Assembly (NCBI GenBank): GCA_034189385.1
Contig: JAXHVD010000005.1
Location: 96,001 to 160,000, forward strand
Direction: 5' to 3'
Source: Thermodesulfobacteriota bacterium
Lineage (GTDB): Bacteria; Desulfobacterota; Desulfobacteria; Desulfobacterales; C00003060
Length of the DNA stretch: 64,000 nt
Shown here: positions 60,601-64,000 of the stretch, piece by piece
How positions within the stretch are numbered: the first letter of the stretch is position 1
Layout: each line of letters begins with the position of its first letter
The notes under the pieces: model-generated
The model's input: only the letters and a program-made list of their open reading frames with translations
Database searches by the model: none
What the model was told of the DNA's origin: nothing
Translations under genes and position numbers: made by a program

Positions 60601-61149
60601 GCGGCCGCTAGCGCATCCGAGGAAGCAGAGCAGCTTCTAGCCACCATGGTTTCCGGCGCAGAGCAGTACCTCCGCCTGAAAATCGCTGCGCTCATCCTTG
60701 AACAGCGAATAGAGGACTATCGGAAGAAAAACCAGGCTCCAGTTCTGGCCAGGGCTGGCGAACTATTTTCCAAACTCACCCTGGAGTCTTATGCGAATCT
60801 TCGGGATGAATTGGACGACAAAGGGAAACCCGTCCTGCTGGGTGTTCGTCCAAACGATGTCGAAGTGTCCGTTGACGGCATGAGCGATGGAACCCGCGAT
60901 CAACTCTACCTGTCGCTTCGCCTTGCGACTCTTGAGCAACACCTGAGTAAGGGAGAGCCCATGCCGTTCGTGGTTGACGATATCCTAATCGGCTTTGACG
61001 ATAATCGTACAAGGGTCTGCCTTGAGGTCCTCACTGAATTGGCGCTCAGTACCCAGGTCTTGCTTTTCACCCACCACAAGAGGGTTGTTGAGCTGGCCGG
61101 CAATCTCGAAGCGAGGGCCGGAATTTATGAGCATGAGTTGACCTTATAG
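57634..61149 (+). CDS. YhaN-type Rad50/SMC-like coiled-coil ATPase
   Basis: YGDNEAGKST, long coiled coil, MSDGTRDQLYL.LRL, VDDILI.FD, FTHH; ATGA overlap with upstream gene. Confidence 0.93.
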   Translation: MRIDRLDLIAYGPFTNKSLDLSEGASGLHLIYGDNEAGKSTSLRALIAWLFGIPARTSDNFLFKNPQLRIGGKLRLSGGKEIEFVRRKGTKGTLLDPRTDAALDDSVLLPFLPGGIDENLFKTLYGIDHGRLVAGGQELLSQSGDLGQALFSAAVGTAGLREILSDLQNGAEELFKPKASTKLVNRAISSLKEAKKRIKDATLPVAEWKRLQKELADTISAIQRVEEEINEKGKEKSRLDRLNRVKGALAERRAVMARIEQLGDILLLPEDFLDKRKTASNTLQSAMEAKERAEAKLSRLKEESQNLNVRNELLENEEAILALYKDLGAVEKATKDRPQQDGKRRELRNDAERLLKGVRPDVGIDDSDQLRLLINNKKWISGLAQKHSLLNQKKKKAEATLRDIKDERAAIKKKLGEQAQSHLDLNELKAAVTAARKAGNLEQRLAEAQKRALDENGAYEREFSRLGRFSGTMKRLLEVAMPVSETLDAFERRFDKLAQKIRDFGRRQKELEKEQKQTEQDLKALLLTSDVPNISELEESRSVRNSGWNLIKQKYIQELDVEEEIEAFVSDSDLPTLYEQKVEAADHVSDRLRLAADQVVKRADLEAKTSSLKSRHHDMTEEVRKANEAKEANEKGWSSIWAPLGIDPGTPREMKQWLLRVDKLLANVQAANTVSGDAKKLTEDCKDLKASVSLQISKFDESIDLQEMSLEAMISLCEQRIELEEAVLERKRQLEHSLDNAEKRIQRAHEELTSIENDRASWAGEWRQAIEGLGLKPEVHPEQATEAFDQLLAFFDKFDKSEELRRRIYGMDRDAKEFEKKVFAFADSVGFKRDGQEANTIAAQLNRDLSESREARASLKKIETQKKEIKEEIEEADITIRTALDQLASLRDQANVETDDALESAGENSRKMRELKQKIETLEQELSRNGDGLSIQELEQEAGEADVDAIEGELERVSSELKEIQEKRDILRDQRQTLQNEIQTKDGSAAAASASEEAEQLLATMVSGAEQYLRLKIAALILEQRIEDYRKKNQAPVLARAGELFSKLTLESYANLRDELDDKGKPVLLGVRPNDVEVSVDGMSDGTRDQLYLSLRLATLEQHLSKGEPMPFVVDDILIGFDDNRTRVCLEVLTELALSTQVLLFTHHKRVVELAGNLEARAGIYEHELTL

Positions 61150-61190
61150 TACTCTTGCGGGGAAAAGTGAGGAAAAGTCCGGAGGCCCTG

Positions 61191-61282
61191 CGGGACAATG
61201 GTGAAAGGTTGACATGTTGGGCCGGAGAGAAGTAGGGGCCTTCTGACGGCCCCTACGGGGGGATGACGTTCAAGACTAGACA
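61191..61282 (+). repeat. Dispersed repeat containing TGGTGAAAGGTTGAC and a GTAG-type palindrome
   Basis: Aligns with 63332-63427; GTAGGGGCC-N7-GGCCCCTAC at 61232-61256. Confidence 0.75.
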
Positions 61283-61290
61283 GAAGGGGA

Positions 61291-61316
61291 AATGTGGAAA
61301 AGTAAAGGATGTGCCC
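61291..61316 (+). repeat. Junction motif copy 3
   Basis: AATGTGGAAAAGTAAAGGATGTGCCC. Confidence 0.8.
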
Positions 61317-61678
61317 AAAATGATGCCAGGGAAAACGGAAACGCCGCACCGACGTGGATGGAACAAGCCGGGTCGGTATTTGTGACTTTTAAGCCGTCAC
61401 CACTAATTGAGACCCCGGAAGTCGCCCCGGAAGTCACCCCGGAAGTACGGCTATTAAAAGCGCTAACCACTGACATGAGTCGACAGGAGCTTCAGGCGGC
61501 TTTGGGGATGAAAGATAATGAGCACTTCCGCAAGGCCTATCTTTTGCCAATGCTTGAAAGAGGGCTCATCGAGATGACCATCCCGGACAAGCCTAGAAGC
61601 AGTAAACAGAAATACCGGCTGACGGACGCCGGGCGTAAGGTTCTGGAACCACGAAACACGCGAACCACACGAAAATGA
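61317..61678 (+). pseudogene. C-terminal wHTH fragment (Fic-family C-terminus-like)
   Basis: TPEVAPEVTPEV linker, R.EL...LG.....HFR..YL.P....GLIEMT.PDKP.S..QKYRLT; in frame with the junction motif ATG. Confidence 0.7.
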
Positions 61679-61743
61679 AAGAGATACTTCACAAGGATAA
61701 AGTATATGCCATTAACGGGGCTGGTGGATCCGAAAGCAAGTAA
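61675..61743 (+). pseudogene. Possible 5' stub of a GxxExxY-family gene
   Basis: MKEILHKDKVYAINGA resembles the family N-terminus; only 22 codons. Confidence 0.4.
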
Positions 61744-61847
61744 ATAAATCTGGCCAGAGGTGAATGGGTTATTTTCTCAAAGACATCCCTACCAAGGATA
61801 CATTGACTAACTTATATGGCTAGGAACATCCAGAAAGGTCTTGGAAA

Positions 61848-62243
61848 ATGGGTTTGGAATGTAAGGATATCCTCGCTTTCGCGATAGAACGGGCCTCTGC
61901 CATCAATACTTACTGGAACATATTCATAGCCGTAGCTACCGCTGTGGTTGGCGTCATGGCCTCTGGAAAGGCATTCACGAATAGCCGGACCCTGAAATTC
62001 TTTCTCAGCGGAGCATTCACGGTATTCGCGTACTCGAATCTCAGCGCGATCATTCGACTTGGCACGCTTCGTGAGGCATTGTTGGATATGCTTCCAAATG
62101 ATTTTTCGAATCGTGAGGCGATAGTTGGAAGTTTAAGTCCAGCGGAGTGGTGGCAATACACCGGGTTCCATTTGTTGTTGGATGTTGCAGTACTGGCCGC
62201 CATTTGGCTGGTCCCCTGGCCCAAGTCAGACGACTCAACTTAG
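61848..62243 (+). CDS. Hypothetical three-TM membrane protein
   Basis: 131 aa with three hydrophobic segments. Confidence 0.65.
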   Translation: MGLECKDILAFAIERASAINTYWNIFIAVATAVVGVMASGKAFTNSRTLKFFLSGAFTVFAYSNLSAIIRLGTLREALLDMLPNDFSNREAIVGSLSPAEWWQYTGFHLLLDVAVLAAIWLVPWPKSDDST

Positions 62244-62308
62244 AAGTTCCCTTTGGAAGTTTTGGCGCGGGCCATGACCACAACAAGACGGTGAAAGGAG
62301 GAGTGCTT

Positions 62309-63046
62309 ATGAAAGCCTTATTTGGCCTTGCAGTGGTGCTGGTAATGACATCCACTGCCCTTGCTGCTGGCAAATCGGTTTCCTACGAGGTAAAGGGGGA
62401 ACCTTTTGAGGGGTATTTTGTCAGCCCTTCGCCCAATGCCCCTTTGGTGCTGCTTGTCCATGACTGGGACGGCCTGACTGATTATGAGGTGAAGCGTGCC
62501 GACATGCTGGCCCATATGGGCTACGCGGTCTTTGCAGCTGACTTGTTTGGAGCCGGGGTCAGGCCCACGGAGTTAAAGGATAAACGCCAGCACACCGGTG
62601 AATTGTATAAGGACCGTGAAAGGATGCGTACCCTGTTAAAAGGGGCCCTCAATGCAGCCAAGGCCCAAGACGCCAATGTCGACAATGCGGTGGCCGTGGG
62701 ATACTGCTTTGGCGGGGCTGCTGTGCTTGAGCTTGCCAGATCGGGGGCGGACCTGAAAGGTTTTGTTACCTTTCATGGGGGATTGGATACGCCACAAGGG
62801 CAAGACTATTCCGCTGCCAAGGGCACACTCCTTATCCTCCATGGCACAGCAGACACCAGTATCACCATGGATCAGTTTGCCAAGCTTGCCAACGAATTGG
62901 AGGGAAAAGGTATTTCACACGAAATGATCACCTATGGGGGTGCCCCCCATGCCTTCACCGTGTTTGGCTCAGACCGCTATAGAGAAGATGCTGACAAGAA
63001 ATCATGGAAGCGTTTTGCAGCCTTTCTTGCCGAGACGCTTCACTGA
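62309..63046 (+). CDS. Dienelactone hydrolase family protein, secreted
   Basis: Signal peptide, HDWDG, GYCFGG, FHG, HG.AD, HAFT; SD AGGAGG. Confidence 0.93.
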   Translation: MKALFGLAVVLVMTSTALAAGKSVSYEVKGEPFEGYFVSPSPNAPLVLLVHDWDGLTDYEVKRADMLAHMGYAVFAADLFGAGVRPTELKDKRQHTGELYKDRERMRTLLKGALNAAKAQDANVDNAVAVGYCFGGAAVLELARSGADLKGFVTFHGGLDTPQGQDYSAAKGTLLILHGTADTSITMDQFAKLANELEGKGISHEMITYGGAPHAFTVFGSDRYREDADKKSWKRFAAFLAETLH

Positions 63047-63244
63047 TGCACCTCTTTCCATGGCATTGTTCCCATGGTGAAGGGTTGACGTATTTGGCCA
63101 AGATAAAAGCAGAAGCGTTGCAGTGTTTGAGGGTTGAAGGAAAGGGAGATGAATCGGGTAAGTTGAGAGCGATGCTGTATGCCCTGGTTGCCCGGATTCC
63201 AGTGGGTTGGAAGCGATATTGATGGAGAAGAGGAAGCGCTCATT

Positions 63245-63292
63245 ACCTTGAAAATTCGGTTGACAGAACCGAGATTTCAAGGTGGCTTTTTG
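63245..63292 (+). terminator. Long hairpin, terminator-like
   Basis: ACCTTGAAAATTCGGTT-GACAG-AACCGAGATTTCAAGGT then GGCTTTTT. Confidence 0.5.
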
Positions 63293-63331
63293 TCCTGATA
63301 GGGCCCACCGCGAAAGCCGCGGGAGAGCTTT

Positions 63332-63427
63332 GGGTACAATGGTGAAAGGTTGACGTATTTAGCTTGGAGAGAAGTAGGGGGCTCTATCATGATTGCCCCC
63401 GCGTGGGGTGACGTTTGCGGCTGGACA
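63332..63427 (+). repeat. Second long copy of the TGGTGAAAGGTTGAC repeat
   Basis: ACAATGGTGAAAGGTTGAC...GGAGAGAAGTAGGGG...GCCCC..CG.GGG.TGACGTT shared with 61191-61282. Confidence 0.75.
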
Positions 63428-63479
63428 AAGCGACAAGGGCGGCAAATCAGTGACCCGCTCTCAACGGGCAACTCATACT

Positions 63480-64000
63480 ATGGACAGAGATAACATCAGA
63501 CTGCTGGCAGACATCGCTGGCATCGTGGGCAGTTCCAGAGGCCCTGATGAAACACTGCAGCGGATTGTGGAGCAGGTGGCGGCCCGATTCGGCATGGAGG
63601 TCTGTTCCGTGTATCTCTTGAATGAGGAAGAAGAGGAACTGGTTCTGGAGGCCACCGTGGGTTTGAACCCCGATGCAGTGCATGCTGTCCATATGAAGCT
63701 CCATGAGGGCCTCACGGGACTGGTGTTGGAGGAGATGGCGCCTGTTTTTGTGGTCGATCCTGCTACCCATGAGAGATACAAGTTTTTTGAAGGGAGTGGT
63801 GAGGAGATCTACAAAACCTTTTTGGGCGTTCCCCTTTTATATCTTCAGCATCCTGTGGGCGTACTGGTTGTGCAGACAGTGAAAGAGAGTGCCGTAACAG
63901 AGGCCGACATCCCGGTTTTTTCGGCCATCGCCGGGCAGATTGCGGCCACGGTCGCCTATACCGGGCTTGCCGAAGACTTAAGGACGGCCCGGGGCAGGCA
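63480..64000 (+). CDS. 3'-truncated GAF-domain protein (PtsP-like N-terminus)
   Basis: Absent from the ORF track; MDRDNIRLL...VCSVYL...LVLEAT.GLN..AV...EGLTGLV...SGEE.Y..FLGVPL...GVLVVQ; open to window end, so the C-terminal domain is unknown. Confidence 0.8.
   Translation, partial: MDRDNIRLLADIAGIVGSSRGPDETLQRIVEQVAARFGMEVCSVYLLNEEEEELVLEATVGLNPDAVHAVHMKLHEGLTGLVLEEMAPVFVVDPATHERYKFFEGSGEEIYKTFLGVPLLYLQHPVGVLVVQTVKESAVTEADIPVFSAIAGQIAATVAYTGLAEDLRTARGR

Overview
Chromosomal window from a sulfate-reducing Desulfobacterota (Desulfobacterales-like) bacterium. Bases 1-43100 are mostly core genome: a respiratory supercluster (dsrABD-dsrN, tetraheme cytochrome c3, tatB/C, tRNA-Leu, dsrTMKJOP, qrcABCD plus a small membrane ORF), housekeeping genes (ddl, EndoIII-like, tRNA-Met), a molybdenum/tungsten cofactor cluster (mobA, moeA-mobB fusion, moaE, moaC, fdhD, moeA), an RND efflux operon and an RdgC-like pair. 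From about 43300 to 63400 lies an accessory and defence-like island. It holds a VapBC-type pair split by small inserted elements, dinB, an MNT-HEPN pair with a dead toxin, many gene fragments, and a translationally coupled TcmP plus SplB-like radical SAM pair. It also holds three nuclease units (PD-(D/E)XK, OLD-family, SbcD/YhaN), each preceded by a degenerate attC-like site, with no integrase in the window. Several families of short dispersed repeats sit at the junctions between accessory segments, most notably AATGTGGAAAAGTAAAGG-x-TGT-x-C (three copies), suggesting a repeat-mediated DNA capture or shuffling process. All calls are by eye from sequence motifs; no database searches were run.
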